Shown here piece by piece: positions 26,621-35,200 of a DNA stretch of 54,621 nt. The notes beneath the pieces were generated by a model that saw nothing but the letters and a program-made list of their open reading frames with translations, was not told the DNA's origin and did no database searches. Made by a program: the position numbers and the translations under genes. This DNA comes from an uncultured Fibrobacterota bacterium (GTDB lineage: Bacteria > Fibrobacterota > Chitinivibrionia > Chitinivibrionales > FEN-1185): contig CAVSQB010000033.1 of the NCBI GenBank assembly GCA_963729895.1, positions 1 to 54,621 of the forward strand, read 5' to 3'. Every line of letters starts with the position of its first letter. The first letter of the stretch is position 1.

Positions 26621-26687
26621 GACGCGCGGGGCAAAACCGGCTTTTGCCTTTCGCGGCGCTTGCAGTATTCACTCAGAGTCTGCTCTG

Positions 26688-27770
26688 CTAGTACCCTATC
26701 ACCGCGCGCAACGTCTCCAAGACCGCCTTTTCGGACACCCCGGTCACAAGCACCGACGTTCCCGGCTGTTTGGGCAGCACGAAGGCGAGCTTCCCCGCGG
26801 CCATCTTCTTGTCTGTAAACATCGCATGATAGAGGCTGTTGGCATCCGGCTGTGATGGAAGCGGGATTACCGGGATCCTTGCAAGCAAAGCAGTATAGGA
26901 ATCCGTTGCCGAAAGAGGAATAGTCCCGATTCGCACACCCAGATCGCAGGCGCATTTTATCCCGATAAAAACGGCCTCTCCGTGAAGCACCCGATCAAAA
27001 TTGAAAAGGCGCTCGATTGCATGCGCAAAGGTGTGGCCGAAATTGAGCAGCGCGCGCCTTCCCGACACTTCATTTTCATCGCGTTCAACGATGGCTGCCT
27101 TGATTTTGACCGACCTTTGAATTCCTTCCATAAGAGACGGGCGCTCTTTTGCCATTATCCGGTCATGATGCGCACCAACGAACTCGAACATGTTTCTCCC
27201 GCCGACGAACGCGTACTTGAAAAGCTCTGCGTACCCGGCAATAAATAGCTTGTCCGGCAGTGCTTCCAAGAATGCTGTATCCATCCATACTAGGGAAGGC
27301 TGATGAAACGCGCCAATGAGGTTCTTGCCGAGCGCATGGTTCACCCCTGTTTTGCCGCCAACGCTGGAATCCACCATTGCAAGAAGCGTGGTAGGAATCT
27401 GAACGCATGGTACCCCCCTTAGAAACGCGGCAGCAGCAAACCCGACTACATCGCCAACCACGCCGCCGCCAAGAGCGCAAACAACCGATTTTCTGTCTAA
27501 GCCTGAGCTTAGAAGAAAATCGATCACCGAACTCCATGTTTCAATGTTCTTGTATCTTTCGCCATCAGGGAGAACGAATTTGACGAGCGAAAGTCTGGCC
27601 TCCCAATTCGAGATGGTCTCCTGGTACAAACCGGCAATGGTCGTGTTTGTGATAAGAGCAAATCTGCTCTTGGGGAACAAGCTTTCTAATTGATCGGGAA
27701 ACGACGCGTGGGCGTTATGTTCCAGGAAGATGGGGTACGACCTGGGACCGAGTTTGACGGTTATTCGCAT
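26688..27770 (-). CDS. aroB: 3-dehydroquinate synthase
   Basis: ALGGGVVGD, PTTLLAMVDSSVGGKTGVN, LLNFGHTFAHAIE, LHGEAV. Confidence 0.96.
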   Translation of the reverse strand: MRITVKLGPRSYPIFLEHNAHASFPDQLESLFPKSRFALITNTTIAGLYQETISNWEARLSLVKFVLPDGERYKNIETWSSVIDFLLSSGLDRKSVVCALGGGVVGDVVGFAAAAFLRGVPCVQIPTTLLAMVDSSVGGKTGVNHALGKNLIGAFHQPSLVWMDTAFLEALPDKLFIAGYAELFKYAFVGGRNMFEFVGAHHDRIMAKERPSLMEGIQRSVKIKAAIVERDENEVSGRRALLNFGHTFAHAIERLFNFDRVLHGEAVFIGIKCACDLGVRIGTIPLSATDSYTALLARIPVIPLPSQPDANSLYHAMFTDKKMAAGKLAFVLPKQPGTSVLVTGVSEKAVLETLRAVIGY

Positions 27771-27788
27771 GGGCTGTTCCTCCGAAGC

Positions 27789-29066
27789 CTATTCAACAAT
27801 TTCGATCTTCGCCCCAAGCGCCTTGAAATCTTCAACAAACGTCGGATACGTCACAGTCGCTGCTTCCGCGGTGTCAATGATTGTGTCGCCGTCGGCGATC
27901 ATGCCTGCGAGGGCGAGCGCCATCACCACCCGGTGATCGCCATGACCACTCACGTTTGCGCCGGCAAGCTGGCTGTGGCGGATCGTGAGCCCGTCGGAGC
28001 GCTCGCTGATGACGGCGCCCATCTTCCCAAGCTCCTGTGCCATCACCGCGATGCGGTCTGTTTCCTTGATGCGGGCCTGTGCAACATTCACAATATTCGT
28101 TTCACCCTGCGCCGCGCACGCAAGAACGCTGAGCGCAGGTAATGCATCGGGCATCGCATTAAGGTCGATCACCGCGCCTTTGATTTCCCCTCTGCCTTCG
28201 ACAACCGCTCCAAACGATGTTTTCTCCACGGCCGCTCCCATGCGGCTGACAATGTCGAACACTCCCTTATCGCCCTGCGAATCGTTAAAGTCAAGGCCTT
28301 CAAGAACGAGGCCGGATCCGGTGAGGAGGGCCGCCACCGCGGCAAACGTCGCGGACGAGAAATCGCCCGGGACCGTGTAGTCTAGAAAATTGTATGTCTG
28401 ATTGCCGATAATCCGGAAATGAAGCAGGTCGGCCGAAGCCTCATACCGGATCCCGAGCCTGTCGAGCCAGCGCATCGTCATTTCGACGTAGGAACGCTCA
28501 TGCAGGTCCACTACCGTCAATTGGGTGTCGGTGGGCGCGCAGGGGCACGCGAACAGGAGGCTCGAAACGAACTGAGAAGAGAGACCGTTTACCGATGTTA
28601 TCCCGCCCCGAATCGGGCCGCGAACCCAAAACGGAAGGTCGCTGCCTGGCTGGTCGAATCCGAAATCAACGCCCAGGTTCCCCAGCGCCTGGAGCACCGG
28701 CCGAAACGGACGTGACCGCAGCGACTCGTCTCCGTCAAACTTCCTTCGCCGAGATCCCAGAGCTGCAATCGAAGCGAACAAATTCGTGGCGGTACCGGAA
28801 TTCTCCATGTTGAAATTGTCGGACCCCAAGGCATAGTCTCCGTCGATGCCCGTCACGGCAAGATTGCGCCCCTCTTTTGCGATGGCTGCGCCCATGCTCC
28901 GTGCAGCGGAAATGGCCGAAGCTCCGTCGCCGGAGGTCAGGGCATTTGCAATGCGCGAATCGCCTCCGGCAAGCGTTGCGGCCGCCAGGGCCCGTATCGT
29001 ATGGGATTTGGAAGGCGGAACGGCGATGGCTCCCGACAGCTTCGACTTCTTTACATGCCACTTCAT
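27789..29066 (-). CDS. aroA: 3-phosphoshikimate 1-carboxyvinyltransferase
   Basis: PPSKSHTIR, GDESLRSRP, SSQFVSSLL, RIKETDRI, DHRVVM. Confidence 0.96.
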   Translation of the reverse strand: MKWHVKKSKLSGAIAVPPSKSHTIRALAAATLAGGDSRIANALTSGDGASAISAARSMGAAIAKEGRNLAVTGIDGDYALGSDNFNMENSGTATNLFASIAALGSRRRKFDGDESLRSRPFRPVLQALGNLGVDFGFDQPGSDLPFWVRGPIRGGITSVNGLSSQFVSSLLFACPCAPTDTQLTVVDLHERSYVEMTMRWLDRLGIRYEASADLLHFRIIGNQTYNFLDYTVPGDFSSATFAAVAALLTGSGLVLEGLDFNDSQGDKGVFDIVSRMGAAVEKTSFGAVVEGRGEIKGAVIDLNAMPDALPALSVLACAAQGETNIVNVAQARIKETDRIAVMAQELGKMGAVISERSDGLTIRHSQLAGANVSGHGDHRVVMALALAGMIADGDTIIDTAEAATVTYPTFVEDFKALGAKIEIVE

Positions 29067-29962
29067 GAGCCCTCCCCGGCCTGCGCCAACCGGGCTTCCA
29101 GGTGCGCCAAGAGATCCTTAATGTCAACGATGTCCCCGCTCACTTCTCGTCCCGTAAAGTACTTGATCGACGCGAGCGCCTGGTACACGAGCATGCTCAG
29201 GCCGCCCGACCACCTGCATCCAGCTTTCTCGGCCATGCCGCAGAGCGCGGTTTTACCCGGGTTGTACACGGTGTCGAAGACAATCATTCCCGCGTGCAGG
29301 AACCTTCCATGGATAGGCGACTCGCCGATGCGGGGGTGCATGCCAACCGGCGTACAATTTATGCACAGAGTACATTCATTCATGATTGCGTCAAGCTTTT
29401 CCGACGAGAACAAGACACCGCCGACGGGAAATCCCGTTGCCTGCGAGACTTCGGAGGCAAGACATTCTACCTTGCGCGCATCCCGTCCCACAATAGTAAG
29501 ACGGCTGGGGATCTTTTCCGAAGCGAGCGCGAACGCGAAGGTGCGTCCGGTGCCCCCGTTGCCGAGGATCACGATGGCCCGGTTCTTCGCATCGATGCCC
29601 AGGGCGGAGAGCGCGCAGCGCAGTCCATCCCAGTCGGTGGTTGTCCCGTGCAAGATATTGTCGCTAAAGTAAAGTGTGTTCACCGTACCGGTAAGTGCCG
29701 ACAGCGGAGAGAGAACGTCGCAGTACCGCACCGCGGCCTGTTTGTGCGGGATGGTTACGTTCGCGCCTGCAAACCTGCACGCCCGAAGCGCATGCAGTAT
29801 GGTGTGGAGTTGGGACGTCGAAACCTCAAGGGGCACGTAGGCGAGGTTGATTCCGAGTGTTGCGTACACATGGTTATGGATAAGGGGCGACAAGGAATGC
29901 CCGAGCGGATTTCCGAGCAGGCCCACAAGCCGCGTTGTCCCGGAAACGGCCTGGTCCCTCAT
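29063..29962 (-). CDS. aroE: Shikimate dehydrogenase
   Basis: HSLSPLIHN, GANVTIPHK, VNT, TD..G, LGNGGTGR, INCTPVGM, DTVYNP. Confidence 0.95.
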   Translation of the reverse strand: MRDQAVSGTTRLVGLLGNPLGHSLSPLIHNHVYATLGINLAYVPLEVSTSQLHTILHALRACRFAGANVTIPHKQAAVRYCDVLSPLSALTGTVNTLYFSDNILHGTTTDWDGLRCALSALGIDAKNRAIVILGNGGTGRTFAFALASEKIPSRLTIVGRDARKVECLASEVSQATGFPVGGVLFSSEKLDAIMNECTLCINCTPVGMHPRIGESPIHGRFLHAGMIVFDTVYNPGKTALCGMAEKAGCRWSGGLSMLVYQALASIKYFTGREVSGDIVDIKDLLAHLEARLAQAGEGS

Positions 29963-30888
29963 AGCTGCCCGGCCGTGCCCGCCAGAAACGCCTTGACCTG
30001 GTTCCTTCCTGCATTTTTCGCCTGATACAGCGCCGAATCTGCCTCTTCGATCATGGCGATGGTTGACTTGATTTCGCTGGTGTACGCCGTCACGCCGAGC
30101 GATGCGGTGAGGCGTTTGTTGGGGAGTTGCTGTTCGTTGACAAACCGGTAGTCGAAAATGGCCGCCCGGATGTTCTCCGCGGTCCGCAATGAAAGATTCA
30201 ACGGCTGCGAGGGCAGCAGGATGGCAAATTCCTCGCCGCCGTAGCGCGTCACCGAGTCGTCGGGGCTGCAGACCGCGTGCAGAATTCTCACCGTCTCGAT
30301 GAGCGCCAGGTCGCCCTGGATATGGCCGTTGACGTCGTTGTAGATCTTGAAATGGTCGAGATCGAGCATGATAAGCGAAAATACGGTGCCCGAATGTTGC
30401 GCCGCGGCGAACAGCCGCTTAAATTCTTCGTCGAAAAAATGACGGTTGTATGCTTTTGTCAAATCGTCGATGAGGGCGCGGCTCGCGGTGTCGACGTATT
30501 CGTGAGCATCAACGATTTTTGGGCTGATGATCTTGCGTTTGATGTTGGTGTAATAGTCGAGCGTCGCAACATGGATGCCGACGTTCCGGCCCAGTTTCTC
30601 GCTGATCAGGAATTTGTGTTTGAGGATTTCCTTCCAGTCGCGCTGCGCCTCCTCCTCGGGAAGACGGATCTGGATAAGCGCGAAAATGATGTCCCGGTAG
30701 TAGGTGCCCGGCTTCTTGCCGATCATGTCCAGCGCGCTCTCGTCGTTCTGAATGTGGGTCTCGACATCGCCGCTGGCGATCTCGATCCAGCGCATGTCGG
30801 TAAGCTTCTTGAGATTGTCAAGGTCTTCAATGTTCATGAGACTCCCGACGTCGTGGTCCGGGGCCTTCTGTTGTTCTTTGTTGTCCAT
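29959..30888 (-). CDS. Diguanylate cyclase (GGEEF) with helical N-terminal domain
   Basis: DDLTKAYNR, DLDHFKIYND..GH..GD, RYGGEEF, ADSALYQAKNAGRN. AAGGAG RBS before MDNKEQ. Confidence 0.92.
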   Translation of the reverse strand: MDNKEQQKAPDHDVGSLMNIEDLDNLKKLTDMRWIEIASGDVETHIQNDESALDMIGKKPGTYYRDIIFALIQIRLPEEEAQRDWKEILKHKFLISEKLGRNVGIHVATLDYYTNIKRKIISPKIVDAHEYVDTASRALIDDLTKAYNRHFFDEEFKRLFAAAQHSGTVFSLIMLDLDHFKIYNDVNGHIQGDLALIETVRILHAVCSPDDSVTRYGGEEFAILLPSQPLNLSLRTAENIRAAIFDYRFVNEQQLPNKRLTASLGVTAYTSEIKSTIAMIEEADSALYQAKNAGRNQVKAFLAGTAGQL

Positions 30889-31023
30889 ACCTTCTCCTTG
30901 GCGCCGATTGCACCGAAGCAGATGCCAAACATTGCTTCCTACGCTTAAAATACTATCTCGAAGGTTACCGGGTCCCAAATAAAAGGCTTGCATTTTCCTT
31001 GGAAATGTTTTATAATTACTGTA

Positions 31024-31617
31024 ATGAGTACAGCATCACTTAAATCGATGGTGCCGGAAATCGGCAAGATTCTCAAGGTTTTCCGTCAGAAAATCAACAA
31101 GAACCAGGGCGACGTTGCCGGAAAAGCCGGGATCTCAACAAGCATGCTTTCCCAGATCGAGCGTGGCGCGGTTTCGCCCTCCATCGACACGCTTACGGCC
31201 GTGTGCGGCGCCCTCGAAATGGACATGGCCGACCTGTTCAGGAGAATTTCGCCCGATGCGCCGTTTCGCGTCAATCACCAGGGAAAGCGACTTTTCACGC
31301 AGAGCCGTGGCGTCAGGTTCGAACAACTTGCCCTCAGTGCCGATGCGGGGCATCCTGCGGAAATGTTGCTCCTCGAAATCGCACCGGGAAAGGAGGCAGG
31401 AATTTCGGGCAACGGTCACGAAGGGGTGGAAATGGGGTACGTGCTGGAAGGCGCCGCAACCCTATTTGTCAACGGAACCCGGTTTGAGATTTCCCGGGGC
31501 GACAGCGTTTCGTATAATTCGCACCTGCCCCACAAGCTAACGAATACCGGAAGAACGGTTTTCAAGGCGGTGTGGAATGCATTGCCGCCGCATAAGGACT
31601 ATCTTGAGGAGAAATAG
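31024..31617 (+). CDS. XRE-family HTH + cupin transcriptional regulator
   Basis: GISTSMLSQIERGAVSPSIDTL; HEGVEMGYVLEG...GDSVSYNSHLPH. Confidence 0.9.
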   Translation: MSTASLKSMVPEIGKILKVFRQKINKNQGDVAGKAGISTSMLSQIERGAVSPSIDTLTAVCGALEMDMADLFRRISPDAPFRVNHQGKRLFTQSRGVRFEQLALSADAGHPAEMLLLEIAPGKEAGISGNGHEGVEMGYVLEGAATLFVNGTRFEISRGDSVSYNSHLPHKLTNTGRTVFKAVWNALPPHKDYLEEK

Positions 31618-31906
31618 AAAACTAAGATCTTTGTGCGGGGGGGAAGTTTCCCCCTGGCACCGAGCCTCCTCGTCCCGCGGGACTGCGGGGTCTCGGTGCA
31701 CACTCCCTCTGCAGGTAGCCCCAAGAAGGAGCTGTTGTAAGAGTCAACACCTGTGCGGGGACACCTATCGAGAGTAGCGGACGAATTATGGGTCAAGTCG
31801 TCAGAATTTATTTATCGCCGCGGAGCGGCACACTAAGCGAAGGCTTGCGGAAACCGCAAAGCGGTGTCCCAAAACTGGATAATTTGGAGAAAGGAAGTTT
31901 TGCATT

Positions 31907-33205
31907 ATGGGAAGAACGATCACCCAGAAGATTTTCGACAGCCATGTCAAGGACGAGCCGTTTCCCGGCACGAAGGTGCTGGCCATCGACGTGGTCATGT
32001 GCCACGAGATCACCACACCCATAGCCATCGCCGATCTCGTGAGCCGGGGCAAAGATCGCGTGTTTGATGCCACGAAGATAAAAGCCGTCATCGACCATGT
32101 GACCCCGCCCAAGGACAGCAAAAGCGCCACCCAGGCGAAAACGCTGCGCGACTGGGCGGAGCGTCATGCGATCCGCGATTTTTTCGATATCGGGTACAAC
32201 GGCGTGTGCCATGCGCTCTTTCCGGAAAAGGGATTTGTCCGTCCGGGCTACACTGTAATCATGGGAGACAGCCACACCTGCACGCATGGCGCATTCGGTG
32301 CGTTTGCGGCAGGCGTCGGGACCACCGATCTCGAAGTGGGAATCCTCAAGGGCGTGTGCGCGTTTCGTCCGCCGAAGACGACCAGGATTGACATAACAGG
32401 AAGACTTGTACGAGGCGTTTATGCCAAGGACGTTATTCTCGAAGTTATCCGGGAACTGACGGTGAACGGCGCCACGGACCATGTTATAGAATTTTGCGGT
32501 CCGGTTATCGATGCGATGACCATGGACGAACGCATGACGCTGTGCAACATGGCAGTGGAAGCGGGCGCGACCAGCGGGCTGTGCATGCCCGACATCCAGA
32601 CGGTGGAATACTTGTGGCCGTTTATCGCGGCACAGTACAGAAACGACAAGACCGCGGCCTTGGCCGATTTCAAGAAATGGCATTCCGATCCGGATGCGGT
32701 TTACGAAAAGTGCATTGCCCTCGACGTGGCCGGTCTGGAACCGGTTGCCACCGTGGGATACAAACCCGACCAGGTCAAGAAGCTGTCCGAACTGTCTGAT
32801 GTCAGAATCGACCAGGTGTATATCGGCAGTTGCACCAACGGCAGGCTCTCGGACCTGCGCATCGCGGCATCCATCGTGAAGGGCACGCGGCTGGCGCACG
32901 GGGTGCGCGGCATCGTGAGCCCGGCAACGCCGAAGATCTTTGCAGAGGCAAACAAGGAAGGCATAATCCAGGCCTTTATGGATGCCGGTTATTGCGTGAC
33001 CAACCCAACCTGCGGCGCGTGCCTCGGCATGAGCAACGGCGTGCTTGCAGAAGGCGAAGTGTGCGCGTCAACCACAAACAGGAATTTCTTCGGCCGCATG
33101 GGCAAAGGCGGCATGGTGCACCTGGTGAGCCCCGCCACTGCCGCGGCAAGCGGGATCACGGGTAAACTGACCGATCCCAGAAACTATCTGACGGAAAGGG
33201 CGTAG
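31907..33205 (+). CDS. leuC: 3-isopropylmalate dehydratase large subunit
   Basis: GVCH, GDSHTCTHGAFG, IGSCTNGR, CGACLG, STTNRNF.GRMG. Confidence 0.93.
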   Translation: MGRTITQKIFDSHVKDEPFPGTKVLAIDVVMCHEITTPIAIADLVSRGKDRVFDATKIKAVIDHVTPPKDSKSATQAKTLRDWAERHAIRDFFDIGYNGVCHALFPEKGFVRPGYTVIMGDSHTCTHGAFGAFAAGVGTTDLEVGILKGVCAFRPPKTTRIDITGRLVRGVYAKDVILEVIRELTVNGATDHVIEFCGPVIDAMTMDERMTLCNMAVEAGATSGLCMPDIQTVEYLWPFIAAQYRNDKTAALADFKKWHSDPDAVYEKCIALDVAGLEPVATVGYKPDQVKKLSELSDVRIDQVYIGSCTNGRLSDLRIAASIVKGTRLAHGVRGIVSPATPKIFAEANKEGIIQAFMDAGYCVTNPTCGACLGMSNGVLAEGEVCASTTNRNFFGRMGKGGMVHLVSPATAAASGITGKLTDPRNYLTERA

Positions 33206-33207
33206 CC

Positions 33208-33738
33208 ATGAAAATCTTTGGCGGACCAGTACTGTTTCTCGACAGACCGGACATCAACACCGACGAAATCATTCCGGCAAAATACCTGAACGAAGTCACC
33301 AAGGATGCGCTGGGGCCACACCTGCTCGAAGATCTTAACCTTGCGGGCTTTGATCCGAAAGGGGCGACGTTCGCAAACTGCCGCGTCGTGGTATCTCGCT
33401 CGAATTTCGGGTGCGGGTCATCGCGCGAGCACGCCCCGTGGGCATTTGAGGTGAACGGCATCACCGTCGTCATTGCAGAAGGCTTTGCCCGTATCTTCCG
33501 TCAGAACATGTTCAACTGCGGTATGCTCGCTGTTGAGCTTCCAAAGCCGGACATCGACGGCCTCTTTGCGGACTGCGACGGAAGCAGCACGTTATGCGAC
33601 GTGGATCTTTCACAGAAAGTTCTTATCTTTTCGTGGGGAAAAACAAGGAGCCGCTCCGTGGCGTTTGCGCTCAATCCGTTTGATGAAGCGCTTGTGAAGG
33701 CCGGCGGATGGGTCGAGTTTGCGGACGCGCGATACTAG
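33208..33738 (+). CDS. leuD: 3-isopropylmalate dehydratase small subunit
   Basis: DINTDEIIPA, NFGCGSSREHAPWA, FARIFRQN. Confidence 0.93.
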   Translation: MKIFGGPVLFLDRPDINTDEIIPAKYLNEVTKDALGPHLLEDLNLAGFDPKGATFANCRVVVSRSNFGCGSSREHAPWAFEVNGITVVIAEGFARIFRQNMFNCGMLAVELPKPDIDGLFADCDGSSTLCDVDLSQKVLIFSWGKTRSRSVAFALNPFDEALVKAGGWVEFADARY

Positions 33739-33893
33739 GGCACGATGAGGGACAGAATCCGGGCGTTCCCTCTGTCTTCGTCAAGCCGAAACCGCCGTAC
33801 CGACAGCAGTGTGAACCGTTCTGGAAAACTTCACCTGCTTCGTTACGCTTGCTACCGGCGACTGCACATATACCCCGGAGCGGCAGGGAAGAT

Positions 33894-35102
33894 TTATTTC
33901 TTTGCAGGTGTCGAGGGTTTCTGAGCTGCCGCCATCCCCAGGAGAGCCTTGCCCGGGCCGCCGCCGTCGGGGCAACCGTCGTCGTCCTGGTAGCCGTCGA
34001 TATCCTCAGGCGTGTTGGGGCACTTGTCAAGCTTGTCCGGAATGCCGTCCTGGTCGTTATCGAAGTCCGGGCATCCGTCGGAATCCTCAAATCCGTCGAA
34101 ATCCTCAGGCTCGTTGGGGCACTGATCCTGGGCATCGAAAATGCCGTCGTTGTCATTGTCGAAATCCGGGCAACCGTCTTCATCCTGGAAACCGTCTTTG
34201 TCTTCGGGAATGTCCGGGCATTGATCGACATCGTCGGGAATGCCGTCGTTGTCAGAATCGATACGCACCCTGAAAAGCGCGGCATCGCTCACCGGCCCGA
34301 TGTCGGAGCCGCCCTTACCCAAGCCTGACAACGGGAATCCTTTACCGCTGAAATCTTTGAAAGAGAATCCCACAACGCCGGAAGTTGACAGACCTGGATC
34401 CTTGGTTATGTTGGTCTCGTTGATAACTGCATAGACGTTAAAGGCCATGCGGTTTGCGTAAAAATCGTTATAGATAATGCGTGACCGTTTCGAGTCCTCG
34501 TTGACATAAATCCCATACTGCTTGTTATTGAACAGAATGGTGTTCTGGATGAGCACCTCGCTCTTGTTGGCGAGCATGATGCCGCTGTAATTGTTTTCGC
34601 CAATAAAATTGTGATCGATGGAGGTACGCTGCCCGTTGGTAATAAGCTCGCAGTATATGCCGGTCCATTGGTTCGACTGGATGATGTTGTTCTTGATTTC
34701 CGGCAGCGAAATGAGGCAGTGGATGCCGGTTTTGTTGTTGCGCACGATGTTGTGTTCGATAACCGGGTTGGTGTTCTTGCAAATAATACCGGCGCTTCCG
34801 TGCTCAACGGTGAAGTTCTCGATGACCGAGCCGTTGGCTCCTTCAACAACCGGCATGCCGCCGCCGCCGTGCAACACGGTCTTCTCCGCGTCCTGCCCGA
34901 TAAGCGCGACGTTATCTTTCATGATGATGTGTTCCTTGTAGATGCCGTTGAGCACATAGACCGTGTCGCCTTCCTCCGCTTCGTCAATTGCCTTTTGCAC
35001 CGATCGCGCGTCTCTGGGAACCACTATCTTTCTCGGAGCCGCCACCGCGTTCATACACACAACGGTCAGCGCGAGCAGCGCGGCAATTATAATCGACTTC
35101 AT
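33894..35102 (-). CDS. Secreted right-handed beta-helix protein with C-terminal TSP3-like Ca-binding repeats
   Basis: Signal peptide MKSIIIAALL..; SVQKAID...GDTVYV..GIYKE; PbH1-like repeats; three DNDxDGIxDxxDxCPxxPEDxDGFxDxDGCPD repeats. Confidence 0.85.
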   Translation of the reverse strand: MKSIIIAALLALTVVCMNAVAAPRKIVVPRDARSVQKAIDEAEEGDTVYVLNGIYKEHIIMKDNVALIGQDAEKTVLHGGGGMPVVEGANGSVIENFTVEHGSAGIICKNTNPVIEHNIVRNNKTGIHCLISLPEIKNNIIQSNQWTGIYCELITNGQRTSIDHNFIGENNYSGIMLANKSEVLIQNTILFNNKQYGIYVNEDSKRSRIIYNDFYANRMAFNVYAVINETNITKDPGLSTSGVVGFSFKDFSGKGFPLSGLGKGGSDIGPVSDAALFRVRIDSDNDGIPDDVDQCPDIPEDKDGFQDEDGCPDFDNDNDGIFDAQDQCPNEPEDFDGFEDSDGCPDFDNDQDGIPDKLDKCPNTPEDIDGYQDDDGCPDGGGPGKALLGMAAAQKPSTPAKK

Positions 35103-35200
35103 ACTACCCCCTGCACTTTCTTTCGGTACCGTGTTTGTGCCATTACTCATAAATCTACGTCTTCTCTGTCTTCGAGTACAACTGGAAGCCGAAGGATTTC

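Noticed and set aside
31765..31800. SAM-I riboswitch-like start CTATCGAGAG
   Set aside because: It lacks the following GAGGGA..GGCCC and GCAACC elements, and the downstream genes are leuCD.
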